From IMG/VR virus record IMGVR_UViG_3300005805_000383, positions 1 through 27,154 of that record: a DNA stretch of 27,154 bases. The stretch is one strand, 5' to 3'. The notes below the pieces were generated by a model. That model was not told the DNA's origin, ran no database searches, and saw only the letters and a list, made by a program, of their open reading frames with translations. The stretch comes from a virus (taxonomy: Duplodnaviria; Caudoviricetes). This document shows, in pieces, positions 1 to 9,877 of the stretch. Position 1 is the stretch's first letter; every line of letters begins with the position of its first letter. Position numbers and translations under genes: made by a program.

Positions 1-18
1 CTGGAGAGGATGAAGTGA
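1..18 (+). CDS. 3' end of an upstream gene (…LERMK*), probably another member of the small paralogue array
   Basis: CTGGAGAGG also occurs at the end of 230..616 (LLERLA*). The stop lies within the 14-mer AGTGACGCTACTGA, which also closes the next gene. Confidence 0.4.
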   Translation: MERMK

Positions 19-225
19 CGCTACTGAAATCAGGTAAAGACAAAGATGAACGGCGATCCGCTGGATGAACTGGACGAGCAGGCTGCGGAGATCGAACGAC
101 TGCGGCTCACCGACGCGGAGCGGGAGGCGATCCAAGCCGGTATCGACGCGCTCTGCACTTTGAACGAGGACGATGCGGCCATGCCGCTCAGGGCGTTGCT
201 GAAGCGGCTGCAGTGACGCTACTGA
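14..225 (+). repeat. 14-bp direct repeat AGTGACGCTACTGA at 14-27 and 212-225
   Basis: Exact match. Each copy contains the stop codon of a paralogous small gene. Confidence 0.85.
46..216 (+). CDS. small hypothetical protein (56 aa), EIERLRLTDAEREA family
   Basis: Manual translation: MNGDPLDELDEQAAEIERLRLTDAEREAIQAGIDALCTLNEDDAAMPLRALLKRLQ*. Paralogous to the C-terminus of 230..616. Below the ORF-track cutoff. Confidence 0.7.
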   Translation: MNGDPLDELDEQAAEIERLRLTDAEREAIQAGIDALCTLNEDDAAMPLRALLKRLQ

Positions 226-229
226 GCGA

Positions 230-616
230 ATGGAGAGTCGGATGGGCTACTACAAACGCCGTATCATTGAAGCGATGGAACCCAAGGAGGAGCCGCCGAT
301 GCAGACGAATACTGTGGAGTGCGATATCCCGACTTTCCTCCGGTTTCTGGCGCGTCCGTCCATGCCAGCGGAGTCCGAGTGGATGCGGAAGGCCGCCGAC
401 GAGATCGAAAGCCTGCGACTCGCGGCAGCGGACTGCGCGTCTGAAAAAGCCGCAGACTGGAAGGCGGCTTGCGAGTCTGCGGAGGCGGCAAGCAAGGAGA
501 TCGGCAGACTGCGACTCACCGCCGAGGAGCGAGAGGCGGTCGCCTATTACGTTGGCACTGGCGGCCCGGATGCCGTGGACGCCACGCTACGCTCGCTGCT
601 GGAGAGGCTCGCATGA
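230..616 (+). CDS. hypothetical protein with C-terminal EIGRLRLTAEEREA…LRSLLERL motif (start may be 242 or 299)
   Basis: ORF track. Shares the motif with 46..216. AAGGAGGAG precedes ATG 299. Confidence 0.75.
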   Translation: MESRMGYYKRRIIEAMEPKEEPPMQTNTVECDIPTFLRFLARPSMPAESEWMRKAADEIESLRLAAADCASEKAADWKAACESAEAASKEIGRLRLTAEEREAVAYYVGTGGPDAVDATLRSLLERLA

Positions 617-753
617 GCACGCCGCTCATCCTCTTCGTCGGCGTGATCTACCTGTGGGTGGCCGCCGACCAAGCGTGGAAGGGTTCGCCCATGGCCATCG
701 CGTGGTTTGGCTACGCACTAGCCAACGTCGGGCTGGCATTGGCCGCCAAGTGA
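613..753 (+). CDS. small membrane protein (46 aa, two hydrophobic segments)
   Basis: ATGA overlap with the previous stop. MSTPLILFVGVIYLWVAADQAWKGSPMAIAWFGYALANVGLALAAK. Confidence 0.7.
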   Translation: MSTPLILFVGVIYLWVAADQAWKGSPMAIAWFGYALANVGLALAAK

Positions 754-757
754 CCCG

Positions 758-797
758 CCACACCCCCTGCGGTCTCTAGGGCATCCTGCCCTACCGT
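758..797 (+). promoter_or_regulatory. putative late promoter copy 1: CCACACCCCCT-N23-TACCGT
   Basis: The motif recurs at 7789, 14061, 20516 and 23837. The -10-like hexamer ends 7 nt before ATG 805, a leaderless geometry. Confidence 0.6.
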
Positions 798-804
798 CGC
801 TTCC

Positions 805-1008
805 ATGAGCGACGAAGTCTCTGACGCCCTCAAGAACGCGGCCCAGCAACCGAAGCGGGTGCGCACCGACGCTGGTGAAGTCGAGGCCCACGACCTGCGC
901 GAGCAGATCGAGGCCGACAAGTACCTCGCCGCCAAGGCTGCGGCGTCGAGCACCAACAAGCACCGCGGCCTGCGTTTCAATCGGCTGATCCCGCCAGGGA
1001 CGATCTAG
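805..1008 (+). CDS. probable head-tail joining protein (gpW-like by position)
   Basis: 67 aa, immediately upstream of a lambda-type portal; size and synteny match lambda gpW. Confidence 0.6.
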   Translation: MSDEVSDALKNAAQQPKRVRTDAGEVEAHDLREQIEADKYLAAKAAASSTNKHRGLRFNRLIPPGTI

Positions 1009-2457
1009 GTGGCATTCCTCGACCTTTTCCGAGGCCGGCAGACGCCACGCCCTGCGGTGGTGCCGGTGGTCCGTGCCAAGTACGACGCCGCCGAGCGTGG
1101 CGACGACTACAAGCACTGGAGCAACGCCGACGCCTTCGCCGCCGATGCCGCCCTGTCGCCGATGGTGCGGCGCACCATGCGGAACCGGGCGCGGTACGAG
1201 CGTGCGAACAACTCCTACCTCGCCGGCATTTCGGCCACGCTCGCCAACGACCTGATCGGCACCGGGCCGCGGCTGCAACTCGACATCGGCGACGACGATG
1301 CCGCCCGGCAGGTGGAGCGGCTGTTCTTCGACTGGGGCTGGCTTGTCGATCTGCCTGCCAAGCTGCGGACGATGCGGGAAGCCTTGGTCACCGATGGCGA
1401 AGCCTTCGCCTTGATGATCAGCAACCCGCGGCTGGACGGCGTGCAACTCGATCTGCGGCTTGTCGAGGCCGAGATGGTGGCCACGCCGACCGAGTTGATG
1501 AGCCAGTCGATCACGCCCGAGGGCAACACTGTCGATGGCATGGAGTTCGACGCCGTCGGCAACGTGGTCGCCTATCAGGTGCTGAACTACCACCCCGGCA
1601 GCAACTTCAGGGTCAACACGCTGGAGTTTCAGCGGGTGCCGGCCAGTCAGATGGTGCACTGGTTCAAGGCGTCACGCCCTGGCCAGCATCGCGGCGTTCC
1701 CGAGGTGGCCCCGGCTCTGAAGCTCTTCGGCCAGCTGCGGCGGTACACGGAAGCCGTCATCGCGGCGGCCGAGACGGCTGCGGATCTCGCGGCGTTCATT
1801 CACAGCAACTCGCCAGCGGCCGAGGTTGACGAGGTCGACGCCTTCGCGGCCCTCGAGATCAGCAAGCGGACGCTGACCACGCTGCCCGAGGGCTGGGACA
1901 TCAGCCAACTGAAGGCGGAGCAGCCGACGACGCAGTACCCGTCGTTCGTGCGGTGCATCCTCAACGAAATCGCACGCTGCCTGCAGCTGCCCTACAACGT
2001 CGCCGCCCTCGATTCGTCGTCCTACAACTACGCCTCCGGCCGCATGGATCATCAGGTCCACGCGATGAATCAGCGGGTCGAACGCGACCAGCTTGAGCGG
2101 ACGATGCTTGACCGCGTGCTGGCCGCGTGGGTCAACGAGGCCACGCTGGCCGGCATCCTGCCTGCCAGTCTGCCGCCCTTCTCCGAATGGAATTGGGGCT
2201 GGGTCTGGGACGGCAAAGACCACGTCGACCCGGCCAAGGAAGCCAACGCCGCCGAGACGCGGCTGCGAACGCACACGACCACGCTGGCTGCTGAGTACGC
2301 CCGCCAGGGCAAGCGGTGGGACGTCGAACTGCGGCAGCGTGCCGCCGAGGTCGCCCTCCAGAAGGAGCTTGGCCTCTTCGTCGACTTCACGCCGGAAGTG
2401 AATTACGGCGGCGTGATGGAAGACGAAGACGCATCGCCGCAGGAGTCGCAGCGATGA
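1009..2457 (+). CDS. phage portal protein, lambda family
   Basis: 482 aa with RNRARYERANNSY, IGTG, RPGQHRGVP, SSYNYASGR and VDPAKEANA motifs typical of lambda gpB-type portals. Confidence 0.92.
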   Translation: MAFLDLFRGRQTPRPAVVPVVRAKYDAAERGDDYKHWSNADAFAADAALSPMVRRTMRNRARYERANNSYLAGISATLANDLIGTGPRLQLDIGDDDAARQVERLFFDWGWLVDLPAKLRTMREALVTDGEAFALMISNPRLDGVQLDLRLVEAEMVATPTELMSQSITPEGNTVDGMEFDAVGNVVAYQVLNYHPGSNFRVNTLEFQRVPASQMVHWFKASRPGQHRGVPEVAPALKLFGQLRRYTEAVIAAAETAADLAAFIHSNSPAAEVDEVDAFAALEISKRTLTTLPEGWDISQLKAEQPTTQYPSFVRCILNEIARCLQLPYNVAALDSSSYNYASGRMDHQVHAMNQRVERDQLERTMLDRVLAAWVNEATLAGILPASLPPFSEWNWGWVWDGKDHVDPAKEANAAETRLRTHTTTLAAEYARQGKRWDVELRQRAAEVALQKELGLFVDFTPEVNYGGVMEDEDASPQESQR

Positions 2458-2519
2458 CGTGGGACTTTTCGGACGAAGACGAAATCGAAGGACTCATTGA
2501 GTTCGGGAGAAAAGCATGA
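2454..2519 (+). CDS. putative 21-aa acidic minigene (MTWDFSDEDEIEGLIEFGRKA)
   Basis: AGGAG at 2441-2445. ATGA overlaps at both ends (portal stop, capsid-fusion start), filling the gap exactly. Confidence 0.45.
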   Translation: MTWDFSDEDEIEGLIEFGRKA

Positions 2520-4357
2520 GCAACATCAAACTCAGCACCGACGTCACGTTTCTGCAGGCTGCCGATGGCGAGGCCGCAGGCGGGCCGAAGAAGTTTCGGA
2601 TCGTCGCCTACACGGGAGCGCCCATTAAGCAGGCGTGGAGCCGTGAGCCGGTCGTGATCGACATGGCCGGCATGACGCTGCCCAGCACCATCCCGATTGT
2701 GATGGGGCACGACTACTCGCTCGGGTCGATCCTCGGGCAAGGCACGCCAAGCGTGCAGGGCGGGCAGTTGATCGTCGAGGGCGAGATCCTCGCCGACAAC
2801 GACACCGCACGCCAGGTGCTCGCCCTGTCGGCCGCTGGCTACCAGTGGCAGGCGAGCGTCGGTGCCGACGTCGGGCGGCACATCCGGTTTGGTGAAGACC
2901 AAGCCACCACAGCAAACGGGCAAGCCCTTGTCGGGCCTGTCCGAGTCGTACGGGCCTCCACGCTGCGGGAGACCTCTTTCGTCACGCTCGGGGCCGATCG
3001 CAGCACGGCCGTCTCAATCGCCGCCGAAGAGGTGGCAGAGGAGCAACCCATGGCGGAATCCGCCAATCCCAAGCCCGCGGACGAGGTCGTCGAGACCCCG
3101 GTCGTGGAAGCCGCGGCGGAGGTCGCCGTGGTGCCCGAGAAGGTCGAAGCCAGTGACGAGAGCGCGGCTCTCAAGGCCCAGATCGAAGCCCTCAACGAGA
3201 AGGTTTCCAAGATGGAAAAGCTCAACGCTACCCGTGACGAGCGGCCTGCGGCCCCCGCGGTCCATGTCGCCACGCCGGCGGTGGTCACCCCCGAGGTGAT
3301 CGAGGCCAGCTTTGCCCTGCAGGGCGGTCTGGCCAATGTCGAGAAGCACTACGACGCCAAGACGCTTGAGGCGGCTCACAAGGCTCGCCGCGAGTTGTCG
3401 CTGGGCGAGGTGCTCGTGCAGGCCGCTGCGGCCAACGGCTACGACGGCCCGCGTCGTCTGACCGCTTCCACCCTGCGGCCGATTCTGGCTGCCGCGTGGG
3501 CGACCCACTCGATCTCGGGCATCCTGAGCTCGACGGTCAACAAGTTCCTGCTCTCCGGCTTCACGTCGGTCGAGTCGGCGTGGCGGTCGATCTCCTCGGT
3601 GCGTTCGGTCAACGACTTCAAGACGCTGACGAGCTACCGGCTCAACGGCGGCTTCAAGTTTGAGCAGGTTACCAATGGCGGCGAGCTCAAGAACGCCGGA
3701 GCGAGCGACGAAAGCCGCACGATCTCGGCGGACACCTACGGCATCATGACGTCGGTCACCCGCACCGACCTCATCAATGATGACCTGGGTGCCCTGACGG
3801 CGGTGCCGCAGCGGATCGGCCGCGGCGGTGCCCTCAAGCTCAATGACGTCTTCTGGGCTGCGTTCCAGGACGACGCCAGCTTCTTTACCACGGCCCGTGG
3901 CAACAAGAAGACCACCGCCGGTGCCCTGTCCATCAGCAACCTCAAGAACATCGCCACGATGTTCCGGAAGCTGAAGGATCCCGATGGCAACCCGGTCGCC
4001 GTGGAGCCGCGGATTCTTCTCGTGCCGGTCGACCAGGAGCTCGCCGCTGCCGAGATCATGGGCTCTGCCCTGATCCAGAGCGGTGCGACTGGCGGCCAGC
4101 CGGAGCGGAACGTGATGGCCGGTCGGTATCAGGTGGTCGCTTCGACCTACCTGACCAACACCGACGACTACTACCTCCTCGCCAGCCCGGCCGATCTGCC
4201 GGTCATGGAGGTGGCGTTCCTCAACGGCGTTCAGAGCCCGATCGTGGAGACGGCGGAAGCCGACTTCAACACGCTCGGCGTGCAGATGCGTGGCTACTTC
4301 GACTTTGGCGTGGCCAAGGCCGAGTACCTCGCGGGCGTGAAGGCCGACGTGTCGTGA
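2516..4357 (+). CDS. prohead protease-scaffold-major capsid fusion protein (Mu gpT-like capsid domain)
   Basis: N-terminal protease-like motifs (IVMGHD, WQASVG), an acidic Ala/Glu/Val linker, then a capsid-like region (VRSVNDFK, TYG…LINDDLGAL, EVAFLNG…P, FDFGVA). Follows the portal. Confidence 0.85.
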   Translation: MSNIKLSTDVTFLQAADGEAAGGPKKFRIVAYTGAPIKQAWSREPVVIDMAGMTLPSTIPIVMGHDYSLGSILGQGTPSVQGGQLIVEGEILADNDTARQVLALSAAGYQWQASVGADVGRHIRFGEDQATTANGQALVGPVRVVRASTLRETSFVTLGADRSTAVSIAAEEVAEEQPMAESANPKPADEVVETPVVEAAAEVAVVPEKVEASDESAALKAQIEALNEKVSKMEKLNATRDERPAAPAVHVATPAVVTPEVIEASFALQGGLANVEKHYDAKTLEAAHKARRELSLGEVLVQAAAANGYDGPRRLTASTLRPILAAAWATHSISGILSSTVNKFLLSGFTSVESAWRSISSVRSVNDFKTLTSYRLNGGFKFEQVTNGGELKNAGASDESRTISADTYGIMTSVTRTDLINDDLGALTAVPQRIGRGGALKLNDVFWAAFQDDASFFTTARGNKKTTAGALSISNLKNIATMFRKLKDPDGNPVAVEPRILLVPVDQELAAAEIMGSALIQSGATGGQPERNVMAGRYQVVASTYLTNTDDYYLLASPADLPVMEVAFLNGVQSPIVETAEADFNTLGVQMRGYFDFGVAKAEYLAGVKADVS

Positions 4358-4363
4358 TCTTGA

Positions 4364-4404
4364 CCCGGCGGGCCGGGACCATTTCCGGCCCGCCGGGATT
4401 TCTT
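4364..4404 (+). terminator. intrinsic terminator/attenuator after the capsid gene
   Basis: Perfect 13-bp stem CCCGGCGGGCCGG (4364-4376) / CCGGCCCGCCGGG (4385-4397), followed by ATTTCTT. Confidence 0.7.
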
Positions 4405-4438
4405 CCACTTTCCACTTTCCAGAAACGAGGTGATCCAA

Positions 4439-4756
4439 ATGGCTTCTTATGTTGCGAAGGGCGACGTGCTCGAATACACGCCCGCTGCCGCCGTCTCTGC
4501 CGGCGACGTGGTCGTGATCGGCTCGCTCGTGGGCGTGGCTCCGGTGGCGATTGCCGCCAACAAGCTCGGCTCGCTGGCTGTCGATGGCGTGTTCTCGCTG
4601 CCGTGTGCGACCGGTGCGACCGGTGCCCAGGGCTCGGCGATCAACTGGTACGCGACCTCCGGCGTGGCTCATGCCTCGACGGGCGTGGCGGCCGGCAAGC
4701 TGGCGAAGGCCCGCTTGACCGACGACACGAGCGTGCACGTCATCCTCAACAAGTAG
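4439..4756 (+). CDS. DUF2190-like capsid decoration/cement protein
   Basis: YTPAAAVSAGDVVVIG…GVA…G.LAVDGVF pattern; directly after the capsid gene; GAGGTG RBS before ATG 4439. Confidence 0.8.
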   Translation: MASYVAKGDVLEYTPAAAVSAGDVVVIGSLVGVAPVAIAANKLGSLAVDGVFSLPCATGATGAQGSAINWYATSGVAHASTGVAAGKLAKARLTDDTSVHVILNK

Positions 4757-4764
4757 TTCGCCCA

Positions 4765-4825
4765 CACCGCAACCCCCCGCTGGCGCGTTTTCACCCTTTC
4801 ACGCGCCGCGGGGGCGTTGCCGGTG
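4765..4825 (+). other. long bulged intergenic RNA hairpin (~23 bp)
   Basis: CACC/GGTG, GCAAC/GTTGC, CCCCCGC/GCGGGGG and GGCGCGT/ACGCGCC pair around a 12-nt pyrimidine-rich loop. No U tract. Confidence 0.7.
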
Positions 4826-4840
4826 CCTCTCAGGTGACCC

Positions 4841-5260
4841 ATGGCAGACATGCTTCGCACCGGTGCCGCGTGGCTCGCCGACCAACTCAAGGCGGCGGCC
4901 AGCACGACCTGTGCGTACAAGCGTGGTGCCAATACGGCCCAGTTCATCGCCACGGTCGGCAAGTCGACGTTTGAATCGGCCGACTCCAGCGGCGTGATCG
5001 AGCGATGGGAGAGCCGCGACTATCTGGTGAAGACCGACGAACTGCCCTACGGCGAGCCGCAGCGTGGCGACATCATCGTGGAGGAGATCGGCGGCGTGGC
5101 GACGTTCTACGAGGTGGCGTCTCCTCGAGGCGTGCCGCTCTTCCACTACGGCGATGCTTTCCAAGCTATCTGCCGCATCCATACGAAGCAGATTGACCGC
5201 GACGTCACGTACATCGTGACGGAGCAGGGTGACGAGATCGTGGTGCCACTCACGGCGTAG
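4841..5260 (+). CDS. probable head closure / head-tail joining protein (gpFII-like) with C-terminal extension
   Basis: Position after the decoration gene; ESRDYLV…P.RGD.I…RIHTK core; extra tail [16 protein letters not shown]. Confidence 0.6.
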   Translation: MADMLRTGAAWLADQLKAAASTTCAYKRGANTAQFIATVGKSTFESADSSGVIERWESRDYLVKTDELPYGEPQRGDIIVEEIGGVATFYEVASPRGVPLFHYGDAFQAICRIHTKQIDRDVTYIVTEQGDEIVVPLTA

Positions 5261-5268
5261 GAGTCACG

Positions 5269-6297
5269 ATGCCCACCCAGAAGCGAGTCGACCAGCTGCC
5301 CGCGGTGACCGGAGTAACCGGTGCCGACATGCTCATCCTGTCGAGCGCGTCGGCCACGAAGCGGGTCACGGTTGCCCAGATCGGTGCCTACTTCCAGGCC
5401 GGCGGCGTGGCTGGCCCGACGGGTGCCACTGGCGTCGGTGCCACGGGGCCGGCTGGCGCTGCTGGCGTGGCCGGTGCCACCGGGCCGACGGGTGCCTCGA
5501 TCACCGGCCCCGCTGGTGCGGCGTCCACTGTGCCGGGGCCGACCGGCCCGGCCGGAAGCGTGGGCGCGACCGGGGCAACCGGCCCGCAGGGCGCAGCGTC
5601 TACCGTCACTGGGCCAACAGGCGCGGCCGGCAGCGTTGGTGCCACGGGACCGCAGGGCGAGGCCGGCATCGGCAGTACGGGACCGACCGGGGCGGCAGGA
5701 GCCGCTGGCAGTGTCGGCGCTACCGGGCCGACTGGTGCGGCTGGCGTCGGCAGCACTGGCCCCACTGGTGCGTCCGGTGACGTTGGGCCGACAGGCCCGC
5801 AAGGCGTCGCCGGATCGCAGGGCGTTCAAGGCGATGCCGGAAGCGCTGGGCCGACTGGTGCCACGGGTGCCGTCGGTGCCGCTGGCTCTCAAGGTGAGCC
5901 TGGTGCTACTGGGCCAACCGGAGCCAAAGGCGAGCAAGGCAGTGCTGGATCGGCAGGAGCCACAGGGCCAACCGGCGCGTCTGGCGAAGTCGGCGCCACG
6001 GGGCCGCAAGGCGACGCTGGCAGCACTGGGCCGACAGGCGCTCAGGGCGTGCAAGGCGTGGCCGGATCGGCTGGCGACGTCGGCGCTACTGGCCCTACCG
6101 GGCCGCAAGGATTGCAGGGCACCGCTGGTGCGTCTGGCGATCCCGGTGCCACGGGGCCTACTGGACCGTCAGGTGCGGCAGGACAATCCGGCGAGCCGGG
6201 TGCCACTGGCCCGACAGGAGCTTCGATCACAGGGCCGACCGGCCCCGCTGGCACATCGGGCATGTCGCCCGTGGCGGCGACCCTTGTTTTCGGATAG
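5269..6297 (+). CDS. collagen-like fibre protein 1
   Basis: About 280 aa of Gly-X-Y ([10 protein letters not shown]) repeats; N-terminal KRVDQLP…TKRVTVAQI; C-terminal hydrophobic VAATLVFG. Confidence 0.85.
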   Translation: MPTQKRVDQLPAVTGVTGADMLILSSASATKRVTVAQIGAYFQAGGVAGPTGATGVGATGPAGAAGVAGATGPTGASITGPAGAASTVPGPTGPAGSVGATGATGPQGAASTVTGPTGAAGSVGATGPQGEAGIGSTGPTGAAGAAGSVGATGPTGAAGVGSTGPTGASGDVGPTGPQGVAGSQGVQGDAGSAGPTGATGAVGAAGSQGEPGATGPTGAKGEQGSAGSAGATGPTGASGEVGATGPQGDAGSTGPTGAQGVQGVAGSAGDVGATGPTGPQGLQGTAGASGDPGATGPTGPSGAAGQSGEPGATGPTGASITGPTGPAGTSGMSPVAATLVFG

Positions 6298-6307
6298 GTG
6301 AGAAACC

Positions 6308-6685
6308 ATGGCAGCCCCCAACATCGTCGGACCGACCACCATCACGGCCAAAACGGCCTACCTCTCCAGCGTCACGGGCTCCACTGGCACCGTGGTGCTG
6401 TCAAACGCCGCCAGCAGTGGCAAGGCAATGCAGATCGTGTCGCTCTACGCGGCCAACGTCGATGGCTCGTCTGCGGTTGACGTCACGTTCAAGATTCACA
6501 GCGAAGACGATGGCGGCGGCACCGGTCGTGCGATCTGCTCAACGGTCACGGTGCCTGCGGACGCCACCGTGATCGTCGTCGACAAGAACGCACCGATCTG
6601 GCTGGAGGAAGATCGCAGCATCGTGGTGACGCCGTCGGCCAGTGATGACATCGAGGTGGTCTGCTCCTATCTGGAGATTTCGTGA
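6308..6685 (+). CDS. hypothetical virion protein, possible fibre adaptor
   Basis: 125-aa beta-rich ORF between the collagen and LamG genes; translationally coupled to the next gene. Confidence 0.7.
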   Translation: MAAPNIVGPTTITAKTAYLSSVTGSTGTVVLSNAASSGKAMQIVSLYAANVDGSSAVDVTFKIHSEDDGGGTGRAICSTVTVPADATVIVVDKNAPIWLEEDRSIVVTPSASDDIEVVCSYLEIS

Positions 6686-7461
6686 TGAGCCTGCGAGCCA
6701 ATGGCTCCTATATCGGGCCGCGACCAACTGGGCCGTCGTCTACAGTTGCCAGTGGCATCTGGGACTTGCGGACAGCGGAGCGGCAGCTACGGGCTTCCGC
6801 GTGGCTTGGCGCTGTCGTGCCCGACCCCTTCTTCTCTAGCGTTTCCCTACTCCTCCACGCCGACGGCACGGGGTCGACGTTTGTCGATTCGTCGCCGACG
6901 CCGAAGACGATCACGGCAAACGGCAACGCTACGCAGTCCACGGCGCAGTCGAAGTGGGGTGGAAAGAGCGCTTACTTCGACGGCAGCGGCGACTACATCA
7001 GCGTTCCGTCAGTGACGCTATCCGGGGACTTCGTTTTTGAATGCTGGCTGAGATGGAACGGGGATGTATCGAAAGCCTACAGCGCTATTTCTTTGGGGAG
7101 TTCTGCAAATACGCAGTTCTTTTTGACAACAAAAGAAAACCGGACGGGCCTGCGGTTTGGTCTTACTGGCGTGGCCGAGTACGCAACTGGTTCATTCAAC
7201 TGGGCGGCGGATACTTGGTATCACGTCGCGCTGGTGCGGTCTAGTGGAGCCGTCAGGATGTATATAGACGGCGCGCATGTAACAGACGGCAGCCCCAGTA
7301 ACTCCACTTCGTTCTCTGGCGAAATACGGCTAGGAGGCGACGGCACTGGAACATACGACAGCAACATCTACCTAGACGATGTTCGGCTGACCGTCGGCTC
7401 CGCGCGCGGCTACACCGGCTCCACCATCACCGTCCCCACCGCCGCCTTCCCCGACGCATGA
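6685..7461 (+). CDS. LamG / concanavalin A-like lectin domain virion protein
   Basis: VSLLLHADG, AQSKWGGKSAYFDGSGDY, DFVFECW, WYHVALVRS and YLDDVRLTVG motifs. Confidence 0.85.
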   Translation: MSLRANGSYIGPRPTGPSSTVASGIWDLRTAERQLRASAWLGAVVPDPFFSSVSLLLHADGTGSTFVDSSPTPKTITANGNATQSTAQSKWGGKSAYFDGSGDYISVPSVTLSGDFVFECWLRWNGDVSKAYSAISLGSSANTQFFLTTKENRTGLRFGLTGVAEYATGSFNWAADTWYHVALVRSSGAVRMYIDGAHVTDGSPSNSTSFSGEIRLGGDGTGTYDSNIYLDDVRLTVGSARGYTGSTITVPTAAFPDA

Positions 7462-7577
7462 CGAACAACGCCTTCGCCGCCGGCCTCGTTCTCGCCGCCA
7501 TCCCCGCCGGGGCGTCGGCGGCGATTGTTGGCGTGTGGGCGTATAGGGCGTTGATTGTGTGGATCTCGGCGGGGTGA
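7458..7577 (+). CDS. small hydrophobic peptide (39 aa)
   Basis: ATGA overlap with the LamG stop. MTNNAFAAGLVLAAIPAGASAAIVGVWAYRALIVWISAG; fills the gap. Confidence 0.5.
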   Translation: MTNNAFAAGLVLAAIPAGASAAIVGVWAYRALIVWISAG

Positions 7578-7580
7578 ACC

Positions 7581-7787
7581 ATGCCAGTCGCTACGCTCCG
7601 ATTCACGCTGCCTGACGAGGACGCCGAACACCGGGCCGCCATCCAGGGCAGCGAGGCGAAGTCGACGCTCTGGCACATCGACCAGCGCTGTCGCTCGCTC
7701 CTGAAGCACGGCGACCCGACGCCTGCGGAGCGTGCGTTGGCGGAAGAAATCCGCGGCCTGATTCCTCACGAGCTGCTCGAGGACTAG
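7581..7787 (+). CDS. hypothetical protein (68 aa)
   Basis: ORF track; plausible globular sequence that fills the gap up to promoter motif copy 2. Confidence 0.7.
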   Translation: MPVATLRFTLPDEDAEHRAAIQGSEAKSTLWHIDQRCRSLLKHGDPTPAERALAEEIRGLIPHELLED

Positions 7788-7788
7788 G

Positions 7789-7828
7789 CCACACCCCCTG
7801 CGGTGAGCGGCTGAAAGTGCCGCACAAT
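7789..7828 (+). promoter_or_regulatory. putative late promoter copy 2: CCACACCCCCT-N23-CACAAT
   Basis: Shares CCACACCCCCTGCGGT (16 nt) with 758-773; GAGGT RBS before ATG 7845. Confidence 0.6.
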
Positions 7829-7844
7829 CCGGCACGAGGTCGCC

Positions 7845-8971
<1,127 letters not shown>

Positions 8972-8975
<4 letters not shown>

Positions 8976-9877
8976 GGGGCAAGGTGGGGATTGTTTCTCG
9001 CCGCCTGCTTACGAAGCTTTATGCGTGGGGATACAACGTCAACAGCACATCTCCAGCGCAGATCGGTACAGACAACTGGCTTGCGACAAGCGGAGGCGAA
9101 TACCACTTGCTTGCCATCCGCAGCGACGGAAAGCTTTTCGCGTTTGGCGACAATACCTACGGCCAGGTTGGAGATGGGACGACGACTTATCGCACATCTC
9201 CAGTACAGATCGGCACAAGCGACTGGCTGGCGGTGAGCGCTGGCGGATTCCACTCACTTGCCATCCGCAGCGACGGAAAGTTGTTTGGCTGGGGCGCCAA
9301 CAACTACGGCCAAGTGTCAGGCAGTATGGAAAACACTATCTCAAGCCCTGCGCAAATTGGCACAAGCAATTGGTTGGCGGTAAGCGCTGGCAACTTCCAC
9401 TCACTTGCCATCCGCAGCGACGGAAAGCTTTTCGCGTTTGGCGACAACTCCTACGGCCAACTTGGCGACGGCACTACCACGCTCAGAACTTCTCCAGTAC
9501 AGATCGGCACAAGCGACTGGCTGGCGGTGAGCGCTGGCAAATTCCACTCACTTGCCATCCGCAGCGACGCAAAGTTGTTTGGCTGGGGAAATAACGTGTA
9601 CGGCCAAGTGACAGGCAGCACGGCAACCACTATTTTGAGCCCTACTCAAATTGGCACAAGCGACTGGGTGTTGATTAGTGCAGGCGGCTACCACTCAATG
9701 GCGATCACAAACGACAAAAAACTGTTTGCGTTTGGCCAAAACACCAACGGCCAGCTGGGCGATGGAACCACCACAAACAGAAACTCACCAACCCAGATTT
9801 CCGGCACGGGTGAATGGATTGCTGCTGACGCTGGCGGCTACAACTCTATCGCAATTATCCAACAGGCGGTGACGTAA
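8972..9877 (+). CDS. RCC1/BLIP-II repeat beta-propeller protein
   Basis: Repeats of [17 protein letters not shown](A/G)(F/W)GxNxYGQxG…SPxQIG; ATG 8972 overlaps the previous stop. Confidence 0.9.
9050..9850 (+). repeat. 147-bp tandem coding repeats
   Basis: CTTGCCATCCGCAGCGACG starts at 9110, 9257, 9404 and 9551 (period 147). Boundaries approximate. Confidence 0.9.

Noticed and set aside
213-779. 188-aa alternative-frame ORF starting in the 14-bp repeat
   Set aside because: Arg-rich and overlaps two better-supported genes in other frames.
805-2457. In-frame TAG between the gpW-like gene and portal, suggesting stop recoding
   Set aside because: TAG, TGA and TAA all terminate full-length genes at expected boundaries, so there is no sign of an alternative code.
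3014-4765. Long minus-strand ORFs (583 aa here; also 718..1659, 13360..14685, 15676..16692, 10389..11426)
   Set aside because: Antisense shadows of high-GC + strand genes, with low-complexity Arg/Gly/His translations and no motifs.
4761-4780. CCCACACC after the decoration gene as a sixth promoter copy
   Set aside because: It lacks the CCCCT core and forms the arm of a hairpin.
5388-5765. Minus-strand GPV/APV repeat ORFs (also 7961..8341, 9939..10199)
   Set aside because: Reverse-complement artefacts of the collagen repeats.
7817-7835. Short inverted repeat GTGCCG/CGGCAC flanking the copy-2 hexamer as an operator
   Set aside because: Only 6 bp in high-GC DNA and not seen at the other motif copies.
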